In this document: piece after piece, positions 15,234 through 24,670 of the stretch
Layout of the letters: each line of letters starts with the position of its first letter
Position numbering within the stretch: the first letter of the stretch is position 1
Origin: Nitrospiraceae bacterium
Lineage (GTDB): Bacteria; Nitrospirota; Nitrospiria; Nitrospirales; Nitrospiraceae
Direction of reading: 5' to 3'
Length of the DNA: 25,451 bases
Assembly: GCA_050246315.1 (NCBI GenBank)
Contig: JBFWWG010000024.1
Span: 1-25,451, forward strand
Notes under the pieces: generated by a model
Seen by the model: the letters and a program-made list of their open reading frames with translations, nothing else
The model's database searches: none
What the model was told of the DNA's origin: nothing
Translations under genes and position numbers: made by a program

Positions 15234-18200
15234 TCAATTGAGGGTAAGGAGAGCTTTGCTGCCCTGGATGGTCTCAGCTCCTTCCGTTTCGCCGGTTTTC
15301 GAGGCCGTCACGAAGACCCGCTCCGGTTCGATCTCGCCCTGGTCGATGAGATAATTGTGAACGATTTCAGCCCGATCCTTCTGTAACTGCTCAAAGTCGT
15401 GGTCCGTGACGGATTGCCTGTCGAGCAACGCCTGTTCCATTTCTGCCAGCGACGGTGCTGCCGGCTGCGGTGCTCCGTCCGCTGATGGGGCTCCATCGAC
15501 CCGACTACTCGACGGCGTTGTCGCCTGATCCTTCCCCCCGAAGGGGTTGAGCTTGGAAAGAAATCCCAAGAATCTTGATCGTGGTTTCGGCGGAGGTGGC
15601 AGATTCTCCAGGGTGAGTTCCGAGCCGGGAGGAGCGTTCCGTGTGGCGACCGTCAACGCTTCATAGGTTTCTCGCACCATCCGCTCGTATTCGGGCTCAT
15701 CCAAGAGGACGTCGTCGATGGAAATCGCTTGCGCCTGGGCAGGGGGCATGGATTTGAGCTTCTTCTCCTTCAAGAATCGACGGAGCTTAGCTCGGGCGAT
15801 TCCCAGACGATCCTGCTCTTGGTCGTAGGTGGCGGTTACTTCAAGGTTCAGGGATGGTCGCTCGGCAAGTGCTTTGGCCAACTTGGCGAGCTTTTCCCGC
15901 TCTGCGTCCGTCAACATGGCGCTTCCGGAGGCAAAGGCGATTTCCTTGAGCTCCTCACCTCCCCCGGCCACCGATTGGAGTAAGGCGAAGGGAGAGGTGG
16001 CCACTTTTTCCAATATGTTGACAAGCGCCCGTAAGACCACACGACCTATGGTGAATTCCGGATCGTCCAGGTTCCCGCTGACCGGGACATCGAGGTTGAT
16101 TTGCCCCTTCCGGTCCGTCAGGACTGCCAAGGCCAATTTGATCGGGAGCGACGTCGCGTCGGGGCTCTCGGTCTTTCCTCCCAAGGTTAGTTGATCGACG
16201 ACGACCATATTGTCGCCGGAGAGCTGACGCTCGGCCACCTTGTACTTAAGGTCGAGCGAGAGTTTTCCCTTTTCGATCGGATACCCCACGTATTTGCCGC
16301 TGTAGGAAGAGAACACCGGGACGTCATAGCCCTTCATGGCGACGACGAGATCGAGCAGTGGGTTCTTGCCGTCCGCCTTGAAATCGCCCTTGATTCTGAT
16401 CGGCGCACGGTTGTCGGCCTTTGCCGTGAGGTCGATCCGGGTCTTTGTCTGGCCGGGAAGCGTGAAGTCCGTGATCCGACCGGTCAACTGTTGGATGCGG
16501 GTGGAGACGACCGGTTGAATCGAGCGGTCGGTGAAGGTGAGGCCGGCGTTTTCGAGCACGAAGGCCTTGACGGCGAGACGAAGCGGCTCTCCCGTCGCGG
16601 CCGGAGCCTGCTTGGCATCCTGCGAGGCCGGAGGAGAAGTCCGTTCGCGGACAAGGGTTGCCACATTCATGGTTCCGTCTTTGCCGACGGTTCCAATGCC
16701 CTGGAAATTCTTGAGGTGAACCTGATTGATCTGGATGATCGTCGGAGACAAGGCCGTCTGAAGCCCGCTCAACCGCAGCCCGTCCCACTTCACGAGCAGG
16801 TCGGAGGTTCGTTCGTCTCGCACGGCGAGTTGATTCAGTGCCAGGTCGCCGATGAAGCGAAGCTGCGGCTGCTTCGGAGCGGCTCCGTACGTCACCTTGC
16901 CCTGCAATTGAAGATAGCCACTGGCCACCTTTGCATAGGTCTGCTCCGAGATATAGGGTTGGAGCGGACGTAACTCGAAGTCCTTCAACGTCGTCTCGAC
17001 CTCTGCCTGGACCGGCGAGTGGTGGAGGGTGCCGGACACGGCAAACGTGCCCTTCTCCGCCCAACGGAGTGAGGCGTCCGCTCGAATCGGTTGATCCTCC
17101 GGATAGGCGATGTCCTTCACATCGAGATTGATCTGGTCGATGAGTAACTGGGCCGGCGTCGCCGGAACATCGTCGAGAACGGAGAGACGAAAGTTATCCA
17201 TGTGCAATCGGCCCAGTTGGATGTGCCAAGGCGCCTGGTTCTCGCCGGAGGGTCGGGCGGCATTGGTTTCCGATTGAGCCGACGGGGAGGCAGGCGATGA
17301 GCTGGTTTCGGTAGTCCGTTGAGCAATGAGTTTTTGGAAGTTCAACCGGCCGTCCTTGCCACGATGTGCGAAGAATGAGCCGTCGACCAAGGCGATCTCG
17401 TCCACGGCGACCGTGCGCCGCGTGATGTCGGCCGAGATGCCTTGTACGGAGAGATGCGGCAGTGACGAGCGGACTTCTTGGCTGTCGGGATCGGCGATGA
17501 TCAAGCGCGTGAGGTCGAAGATTCCCCGTTGTACGTCCAGCACCAGCGGTTCCTGTGCGAAATCGACATGATAATCGAATGACAGGCCGGCGAGACCATC
17601 CAAGATCTCTCCGCGGAAATGTTGGAGGTAATAGGGCGCAAAGCTGTTGACCTGGACGCCCGAGATCGCAATGGTGCCGGAGGATTTCAGGGGATCCAAG
17701 GAAAACTGTCCGGACCAGGAGACGGACGTGTCCGGATCCATGCGAGCAGTGAAGGCATGAGGACTGCTGGCGTCCGGCTCGGTCGTAAAGTTGGTGACGA
17801 GAAGCCGGAGCGGGCCGATCCGGGTCTGATAGGGCACCGGGTGGGTGAGGTCGTCAAAGGTCGCTGTTCCCTCCTCGACCGCGAGTTTGGCGATCCTGAT
17901 CGTCGGCGGGCGGGAGGTCTTTGTCGGTTCAGCCGTTTCCGATGGAGGTCTCGATTCCGGCTGCTGTTCTGAGCGGAGGATGTCGGCGAAGTTGGCCTTG
18001 CCGCCCTTTTCAAGAATGACGCTCAGTGACGGTTGTTTCAGCGAGATCTCGCTGAAATTCAAACTGCGCTGGAAGAGGGAAGAGCTTTGGAAGTTGACGA
18101 ACAATTCTCCGAACGACGCGAATTCCTCTCCGGTCGGCTCGGTGACCTGAAATCCGGTGATCCTGAGCGACAGCGCGTAGGGGTTGAAGTCGACCGCTCG

Positions 18201-18344
18201 AATGGCAACCTGCCGATGCAGGATGGGCGGCAGTTTCTGCTCAAGTTGGGATTTGAGGACGGCGGGGACAACAAAGAATCCGATTAGCGTGTAGAGCAGG
18301 AGCAGGCTAGACAGGATGATGAGCCATTTGGTTTTTCTGGGCAT
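15234..18344 (-). CDS. DUF748-repeat envelope protein with a C-terminal OmpA-like domain
   Basis: N-terminal TM anchor (YTLIGFFVVP), FNPYALSL, repeated beta-rich units, YSGKYVGYPIEKGKLSLDL, LDVPVSGNLDDPEF, FASGSAML...ALAERPSLNLEV, RAEIVHNYL. Likely start is ATG 18344 (track start 18368). Confidence 0.8.
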   Translation of the reverse strand: MPRKTKWLIILSSLLLLYTLIGFFVVPAVLKSQLEQKLPPILHRQVAIRAVDFNPYALSLRITGFQVTEPTGEEFASFGELFVNFQSSSLFQRSLNFSEISLKQPSLSVILEKGGKANFADILRSEQQPESRPPSETAEPTKTSRPPTIRIAKLAVEEGTATFDDLTHPVPYQTRIGPLRLLVTNFTTEPDASSPHAFTARMDPDTSVSWSGQFSLDPLKSSGTIAISGVQVNSFAPYYLQHFRGEILDGLAGLSFDYHVDFAQEPLVLDVQRGIFDLTRLIIADPDSQEVRSSLPHLSVQGISADITRRTVAVDEIALVDGSFFAHRGKDGRLNFQKLIAQRTTETSSSPASPSAQSETNAARPSGENQAPWHIQLGRLHMDNFRLSVLDDVPATPAQLLIDQINLDVKDIAYPEDQPIRADASLRWAEKGTFAVSGTLHHSPVQAEVETTLKDFELRPLQPYISEQTYAKVASGYLQLQGKVTYGAAPKQPQLRFIGDLALNQLAVRDERTSDLLVKWDGLRLSGLQTALSPTIIQINQVHLKNFQGIGTVGKDGTMNVATLVRERTSPPASQDAKQAPAATGEPLRLAVKAFVLENAGLTFTDRSIQPVVSTRIQQLTGRITDFTLPGQTKTRIDLTAKADNRAPIRIKGDFKADGKNPLLDLVVAMKGYDVPVFSSYSGKYVGYPIEKGKLSLDLKYKVAERQLSGDNMVVVDQLTLGGKTESPDATSLPIKLALAVLTDRKGQINLDVPVSGNLDDPEFTIGRVVLRALVNILEKVATSPFALLQSVAGGGEELKEIAFASGSAMLTDAEREKLAKLAKALAERPSLNLEVTATYDQEQDRLGIARAKLRRFLKEKKLKSMPPAQAQAISIDDVLLDEPEYERMVRETYEALTVATRNAPPGSELTLENLPPPPKPRSRFLGFLSKLNPFGGKDQATTPSSSRVDGAPSADGAPQPAAPSLAEMEQALLDRQSVTDHDFEQLQKDRAEIVHNYLIDQGEIEPERVFVTASKTGETEGAETIQGSKALLTLN

Positions 18345-18430
18345 GACAACCCCCCAATAGCCCGACAAGCACGGGATTCAGGACAAGCCTCATCATAAAT
18401 CACGCACTGACGGGACGGCAATTGCGAAAC

Positions 18431-21295
18431 TTATGGGGAAGCCCCGAGGGGTGCCGATCGCGGGGCGAAGGGACGTAGGTACCGGCGAAGGGCTTCCAAT
18501 TCATTTGTACGCCACCGCACCGCGATGTGCAGCCGTTCCAAGTATTGCTGGGCGAGCTTTCCGCCGAAATCGAGCCGGCGCTCGTTGAAAAAAATCCGCA
18601 CGTCATGTTCCAGTTCTGGTGTCGCCAGGTTCACGACCGCGCTGCACATACGCCGGAGGCCAACAGGTGGGAAGAGCCGCTCCATGGTCTCCCAGTGGTC
18701 CTTGATGAACGCCCAAGTCATCTCGCGCGCCGCCACATTGCCGAGCAGGACTCCCAAGAGAGCCGGGGCGTCTTGGGTGCGGATGTTCCCGTTGAGAGTG
18801 CTGTCCAGCGTGCGTGCAATCAGGGGTTCGGGGCGGAAGGCTGCCAAACTAAACAGGTAACGCCGCTCCTCCTGTGGTGTGGCGGCCTCCTTGAAGCGTC
18901 GAGCGAATTGTTCATATTGCAGTCCGTCTCCCGTGTGGGCCACGATCGAGATGAGCGCCGGTAGGAGGTTTGGATCGATTCCGCCACTGTTTTGCGGCAC
19001 GGCATGATATAGCGAGTTGGCTCTGGTCTGAGTGGCGGTATCATCGCCAAGGGTGCCCAAGGCCTCGATCAAATCCCCGCGGAGTTGGGCGGTCAGCCCA
19101 AGTTCCTCTTGACGCGGAGACCATCCCAAATGTGAAACAGCCGGCTGAACCTGCTCTTGAACCAACCGAGCCAAAGCAGGACGGTCGCCTGCTTCGATGA
19201 GCTGATGAAGCAGGCCGAACGACTCCAACAGAAGGCCCCACACGTGGCGATCCTGGTCGTCACGGAACCGAGAGGCAAGATCCAGGTAGAAAGCGATCGG
19301 GACCTGCCCCGCGAGGCACAGGGCCCAGGCGTCGTTGATCAGTGTGAAGCGATCGGTGGAGGAGAGTTGGCCGGGCAGGCGCGCTTGGAGTTGCTCGAAA
19401 AGATCGGGCTCGTATCGGACCCGGTAGAATCCATGGCCTCCCTCGTTCACCACCAGTGAATCAAAACCGTCCGGGATGGTCAGCCGCATCGATTCGCTCT
19501 GGAGCACAAACTTGTGAGATGTCTCGCGGCCGCCGGCACGGATCTGCACATGGACGGGCACGTGCCAGGTTCATGGGGGTTGAGGAGTCTGTCCGCCCCC
19601 GACCGTGTCCGGTGCCAGGTATCGAAAACGCTGCTGCTTCAGCAGGATATGTGAGGGACCGTCTCGCCCGACCGTCAACAGGGGATAGCCGGCCTGGAGA
19701 ATCCACCCGTTCATCATGGCGGAGATGGGAAGCCCCGCAACCTTCCCAATTGAGGCCCAGAGGTCATCGGTTTCGGCATTTGCATAGGCGTGCGCTCTAA
19801 GATAGGCGCGGATGCCGTCACGAAACATCGTTTCACCGATAAACTGTTCCAACATGCGGAGGACGACCGCTCCCTTGTGGTAGGTGAGGACATCGAACAT
19901 GCCTCCGGCGTCCTTGGGATCTCGGACCGGATACTCGATCGGGCGAGAGCTGTCCAGTCCGTCGACACTCAAGGCTGACGCGCGCGACGTCAGGAACATC
20001 CGCAGCGGCTGCCATTCGGGCTTCCAATTCTGAACCGCCAGCGCCTCCATGAAGGTCGCGAAGGCCTCGTTGAGCCAGATGCCGTTCCACCAGGCCATCG
20101 TGACCAGGTCGCCGAACCACATGTGCGCGTTCTCGTGCGACACCACATTGGCCAAATCTTCCAGTTCCTCCTGGCTGGCGGATGCCTCGTCGATGAGCAG
20201 GGCGCGCTCGCGAAAGGTGACGGCACCGAAGTTCTCCATCGCGCCATGGGAGAAATCCGGAATGGCGATGAGATCCAGCTTGTCGCCCGGGTAGGGCATG
20301 CCGTAATAGTCCTCGAAAAACCGCAGCGAGGCCGCGGCGATCTCCTGTCCGACCTGCATCAAATGGGTCTTCTTCGGGACGGCCCAGAGTCTGATCGATG
20401 TGCGGCCCACTTGGACGGGGGCCGACCCCTCCAGATCTCCCACGACGAAGGCCAGCAGGTAGGTGGACATTGTGATGGTCTCGGCGAAGCGGACGACCTT
20501 GCGTCCCTCCCGAACCTCTTCAGACAGTGCTGCGGTATTCGAGAGCGCAGTCAAGTCGGGATCGATGGTAAGGGTCAGGTTGAATCGGGCTTTGAAATCC
20601 GGTTCGTCCCAACAGGGGAAGGCGCGCCGAGCGTCGGTGGCCTCGAACTGGGTGACGGCCAGGCTTCTGACGGTTCCGGTCTCGTCGGTGTAGATGCTTC
20701 GATACAATCCACGGAGCTGGTCGTTCATGATGCCGTGGAAATCGAGTGAAATGGTCCAGGGACCTGGGGTGAGGGTCTCTCGGAAGGTGAGGTGACAGCG
20801 TTCAGTCTTCAGATCCAACGTGCAGGTGCCGACCAGTGTTTGGCCGTGATCATCCATCGCCCTGATCGTATCGATCTCCAGGTCAAGTGCGTTCAATACG
20901 ACCACGGCGGTCGATTGCTGTACGGCCACCACGATCTTCACCGATCCCTGGAACAGGCCTCTCTTCAGGTCGGGGGCGATCGAGAGGTCGTATCGGTTCG
21001 GCAGAACTAGCCGAGGCAGACGATAGGGATCGAGCAGATGGGCGGTCGGCTCAGTGGTTTGCGCGGTCATCGAAGGCTCGTGAACAAGGGCAGGACGAGG
21101 CCGACAGCCGGTGAAGGAATCCAGCATGAACCACAGACCACCGGCCGTTCCGCCAAGCCGCAGAGTTTGAGAGGCAACTCGGCTCAGCCATGAGAGAGCC
21201 TCGCGTCGGGATACGCACGGACGATGACCCCTGTCTGATTCGGATCGCGGTCTGTCGGAGGACTCGAACAGTTTGGCGGTTTGTGTGTCTGTCAC
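18431..21295 (-). pseudogene. M1-family zinc aminopeptidase (PepN/ERAP1-like) interrupted by one in-frame TGA at 19573-19571 (pseudogene, sequencing error or readthrough)
   Basis: TQFEATDARRAFPCWDEP, GAMEN, and HENAH-x18-E in the first ORF; ERAP1-like helical C-terminal domain in the second. The junction reads CCA TGA ACC TGG CAC GTG CCC, so both ORFs are in the same frame. Confidence 0.8.
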
Positions 21296-21301
21296 CGACG
21301 C

Positions 21302-22000
21302 TCATGACCGCTGCGGGGCTGCCTGCGTGACGATACCCTCAGGCGTGCCGACGATGAGCAAGCTGGTCCGCCCCACGAAGAGGCCGGTTTCCACCACGCC
21401 GGGAATCTGATTGAGGCGGACCTCCATTTCGGCGGGGTGAGTGATCGATCCGACCTGCAGGTCCAAGATGAAGTGCCCGGCCTCCGTGCGGAATGGCCGG
21501 CCATTCCGTTCTCGCAGCACGGCTTTCCCCGCAATAGCCTCAAGTTGTCTTGCCGTATTGCCCCATCCGAACGGGATCACTTCGATCGGCAACGGGAAAG
21601 AATTTCCGAGCACCGGCACCCGCTTCGTATGGTCGACGACGATGATAAGCTGGCGCGCTGCCGCGGCAACGATCTTTTCCTTGAGCAAGGCGCCGCCGCC
21701 GCCCTTGATCAGGCACAACTGTGGGTCCACCTGGTCGGCTCCGTCAATCGCGAGGTCGAGCGTCCAGCTCTGCTCGGATTCGATCAGCGGAATACCCTGG
21801 CTTCGTGCCAGATCGGCCGTATCCTGCGATGTGGGCACGCCTCTGATCCTTAAGCCCTGCTTGATGCGATCGCCGAGGGCCAAAATCAGGTGCCTGGCCG
21901 TCGAGCCTGTGCCCAGCCCGATCACCATCCCGTCTTGAACGTACTCAATCGCCTTGAGCGCGGCCTGGCGCTTCAGCTCGTCGAGCAATCCGTTGTTCAT
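21302..22000 (-). CDS. rpiA: Ribose-5-phosphate isomerase A
   Basis: IGLGTGST, DLAIDGAD, LIKGGGGALLKEKIV, LPIEV, IPGVVETGLF. Confidence 0.96.
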   Translation of the reverse strand: MNNGLLDELKRQAALKAIEYVQDGMVIGLGTGSTARHLILALGDRIKQGLRIRGVPTSQDTADLARSQGIPLIESEQSWTLDLAIDGADQVDPQLCLIKGGGGALLKEKIVAAAARQLIIVVDHTKRVPVLGNSFPLPIEVIPFGWGNTARQLEAIAGKAVLRERNGRPFRTEAGHFILDLQVGSITHPAEMEVRLNQIPGVVETGLFVGRTSLLIVGTPEGIVTQAAPQRS

Positions 22001-23070
22001 GTCTGGGCTTCACAGGCAAGTTGAGCCGCGACCGAGGCGGCGCCGAGGAGGGCGGTCTTGTCGTTCACGATGACCCGAATCGGGATGTTGCCCATCAGGC
22101 GCTTGTAGCGCCCTTTGTTGGTAAACGCACGCAGGAAGGTGCCATCCTGCAATTTGGCCAGCAGCTTCGGGGCGATGCCGCCGCCGAGGTAGACTCCGTC
22201 CAGCGCCATCGTTTTCAAGACGAGGTTCCCCGCCTCCGCTCCGTAGATGGCCGCGAACATGTCCAGCGCTTGCTTGGCGATATCCGCCTGCCCCTTGAGG
22301 CCGGCCTCCGCGATGACCGCGGGACCGTCGCCCACTCGCATCTGTTCAGCAAGCCAGGTGGGTTCGTTCTTCTTCGTGTCACGCAGGAACTCGTAAATCG
22401 CCTGCAACCCCGGACCGGAGAGTACTCGCTCATAACTCACGTGAAGGTACTGGCCGCGAAGATGGCGTAAAAGATCGATTTCCGCGTCGCTGTTCGGAGC
22501 AAAATCACAATGTCCGCCTTCCGAGGACAACACGTGGAAGTGGTCCTTGGCCCACACCAGCGCCGCCTCGCCGAGGCCCGTGCCGGCCGCGATCAGCGCC
22601 ATACAGCGCTTCACGGCGGGCGGACGTCCTGGATTCAAGGTGGCCAGCTCATCCGGCCGCAGAACGAGCAGGCCATGCGCGGTCGCTTCAAGGTCGTTGA
22701 GAAGTCGAACTTGTGGAATCTCGAACCGTTTAGCGAGGTCGGCTCCGCTCACAATCCAGGGTAGATTGGTCGTCTGGCACCGGTTGTCCATGACCGGGCC
22801 CGCGACGCCGAAACAGGCTGCGTCGATCTTGAATGGGGCAGGCTCAGGAGCCGGTGCGTCATGTGGCCGGGTTTCCGACTCGTCGAGATCGTCAGATTGG
22901 CGCAGGGGTGGTGGCGTAGGAGGTTTGAGAAATCCTTCGAGGACTTCTTCGAGCTGACCGTAATCCCGGCTATAGAACGTCTGTTGATGGACCGGTTCGA
23001 CCCTGGACTTCGTCCACTCGTAAAGAGCGAGGTGGGTCTTGGTGCCGCCGATATCGCCAGCGAGAATCAT
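21997..23070 (-). CDS. glk: Glucokinase (group II, E. coli Glk type)
   Basis: MILAGDIGGTK (start ATG 23070), GVAGPV, TNLPW, LLNDLEA, AGTGLGEA, SEGGH, ERVLSGPGL, GGGIAPK. Confidence 0.94.
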   Translation of the reverse strand: MILAGDIGGTKTHLALYEWTKSRVEPVHQQTFYSRDYGQLEEVLEGFLKPPTPPPLRQSDDLDESETRPHDAPAPEPAPFKIDAACFGVAGPVMDNRCQTTNLPWIVSGADLAKRFEIPQVRLLNDLEATAHGLLVLRPDELATLNPGRPPAVKRCMALIAAGTGLGEAALVWAKDHFHVLSSEGGHCDFAPNSDAEIDLLRHLRGQYLHVSYERVLSGPGLQAIYEFLRDTKKNEPTWLAEQMRVGDGPAVIAEAGLKGQADIAKQALDMFAAIYGAEAGNLVLKTMALDGVYLGGGIAPKLLAKLQDGTFLRAFTNKGRYKRLMGNIPIRVIVNDKTALLGAASVAAQLACEAQT

Positions 23071-23098
23071 GCGCTTGGTTCGATCACGATGAAGTTGG

Positions 23099-23881
23099 TT
23101 ATCTCGAAGGTAGGGCGGAAGCCGCGGTCCTGTCAACATACCATATCAGCCGTCCGTTTGCGGGGCGAATCTGTGAGGCCGGTAGGGGCGCGGCTGACTC
23201 CCGGTCTTCCATCACCCTGCGGAGGACCGGGGCCTTGGAGGCGCCGGTTACCAGAAACACGATCGTCTCGGCTGCATTGAGGAGCGGCATCGTCATGGTC
23301 AATCGGCGTGAGATCCCGAGCGGGGATGATGTGGGGACAACCAACCGGGTGTGTTCGTGAAGCGCAGGACTTGCTGGAAACAGGGAGGCCGTATGACCAT
23401 CGTCGCCCAGGCCCAGGAAGACCAGGTCAAAGCGAGGGAACGGTGTCTGATCCGGCGTAAAAGCCTCGCGGATCGTCGCTTCATAGTGAGCGGCCGCCTC
23501 TTCCGGTTCCGTCTCGCCGCGCATCCGCATGACCCGCTGAGGTGCGATCCGCAAGGGATCGATCAAGACTTCCTTAGCCATGCCGTAATTGCTGTCGGGG
23601 TGGTTCGGAGGGACACAACGTTCATCTCCGAAAAATAGGACGACGGATGTCCAATCGATCCGCTTTGCCCATTCGGGTTGTGTCAGTGTGAGATAGAGGT
23701 GGCGGGGTGTTGACCCTCCAGAGAGGACCAGACGAACGAGGGGTTTCCGGCGCAGCGTTGCTTCAACGCTACTCACCAGGAAGTCCGCGACCCCCTCAGC
23801 CCACGCAGAGTCGTTTTCGAGGATCCGGATCTCGTGCGAGGTCGGCATGGGTACTGAAGTTGTCACGTGGGAAGGTCGCAT
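23099..23881 (-). CDS. pgl: 6-phosphogluconolactonase; start may be ATG 23848
   Basis: LSGGSTP, FFGDERCVPPNHPDSNY, DLVFLGLGDDGHTASLFP, RLTMT, FLVTGASKA. Confidence 0.94.
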   Translation of the reverse strand: MRPSHVTTSVPMPTSHEIRILENDSAWAEGVADFLVSSVEATLRRKPLVRLVLSGGSTPRHLYLTLTQPEWAKRIDWTSVVLFFGDERCVPPNHPDSNYGMAKEVLIDPLRIAPQRVMRMRGETEPEEAAAHYEATIREAFTPDQTPFPRFDLVFLGLGDDGHTASLFPASPALHEHTRLVVPTSSPLGISRRLTMTMPLLNAAETIVFLVTGASKAPVLRRVMEDRESAAPLPASQIRPANGRLIWYVDRTAASALPSR

Positions 23882-23899
23882 CGGAGGGCGACGAAAGGC

Positions 23900-23928
23900 A
23901 TCTTAGGGGTTGGTCGGGAAAAAGGCAA
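23900..23928 (-). promoter_or_regulatory. sigma70 promoter of the pgl-glk-rpiA-aminopeptidase operon
   Basis: Minus strand TTGCCT (23928-23923), 17-nt spacer, TAAGAT (23905-23900). Confidence 0.55.
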
Positions 23929-23951
23929 ACGAGGCCGCAGCGCAAAGCCTG

Positions 23952-24656
23952 TTACCGATGGGCTGCTTGGACAATCAGCAGCGGCATTCCGTCGGTTACG
24001 GTCCAGGCTAGGGACTGTGCATCCGCTTCGGACAATGACAGCGAGATCATTGAAGGATGCAGCTCGTTCGGCGTCTGGCTGGTATTGGAGGGGGCATGTA
24101 TCAGCTGCGTCAGGCTGCGCCACCAACGGACAATCTGGGATCGGATCCGGGTCCAGACTGATCGGTGGTTGGAAGCCTCCACCGAAACCGCCAGCGGCGG
24201 ATCGAATAGCAGCTCGTATGTGCCGGGCATGTCGCTTAGTTCAATCGGCTTGGCGGTGAGATCGTCCGTCGGACCGGACTTGGTCCGCGTGATTGGGGGT
24301 CTTGTCTTGAGGTAAAAGGGGCCGTCCGAGCGAACGACCTCCGCGGTGGTCCAGGAGGAAATCGGAAGTCGATAAAGGTCGAGCCCCCGTGCTTTGATCA
24401 AGAGCTGTGCTGTCTGAAGATCAAGCACCAGATATGTCTGTGGACGAGCGGCGAGACGGATTTCTTGTTCGAGTACGCGGTTGCGTTCCGCAACATCAGG
24501 TGGATTGGGTATAGAGGATGGCATGGAATCGGCGGCGTGGAGCGGTTCAATGGAGCTGGAGAGGAGGAGTGCGAGGGTGCGGGCCGTCACATGGACGAGG
24601 AGATTCGTGGCAACGCTTCGCCAGATTCCGGTCGCTCTGATGACGATGGCCACCAT
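23952..24656 (-). CDS. Exported hypothetical protein, probable non-catalytic YkuD/L,D-transpeptidase-fold paralogue
   Basis: YLVLDLQTAQLLIK and ISLSLSEADAQSLAWTVTDGMPLLIV parallel the first strands and C-terminus of the adjacent L,D-transpeptidase, but the His and Cys are missing. Start uncertain (track 24749; first plausible non-overlapping ATG is 24656). Confidence 0.6.
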   Translation of the reverse strand: MVAIVIRATGIWRSVATNLLVHVTARTLALLLSSSIEPLHAADSMPSSIPNPPDVAERNRVLEQEIRLAARPQTYLVLDLQTAQLLIKARGLDLYRLPISSWTTAEVVRSDGPFYLKTRPPITRTKSGPTDDLTAKPIELSDMPGTYELLFDPPLAVSVEASNHRSVWTRIRSQIVRWWRSLTQLIHAPSNTSQTPNELHPSMISLSLSEADAQSLAWTVTDGMPLLIVQAAHR

Positions 24657-24670
24657 CGGCCGGCACGTAG

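Noticed and set aside
19571..19573. Selenocysteine codon in the aminopeptidase
   Set aside because: The TGA is in a variable Pro/Gly linker, not at a conserved Cys position. M1 peptidases are not known selenoproteins, and the downstream hairpin is only a weak SECIS match.
19562..19620. 9-bp direct repeat GTGCCAGGT (19562-19570, 19612-19620) as a target-site duplication around the TGA
   Set aside because: Removing the 50-bp interval would shift the frame, whereas the two halves are already in frame. Probably coincidental.
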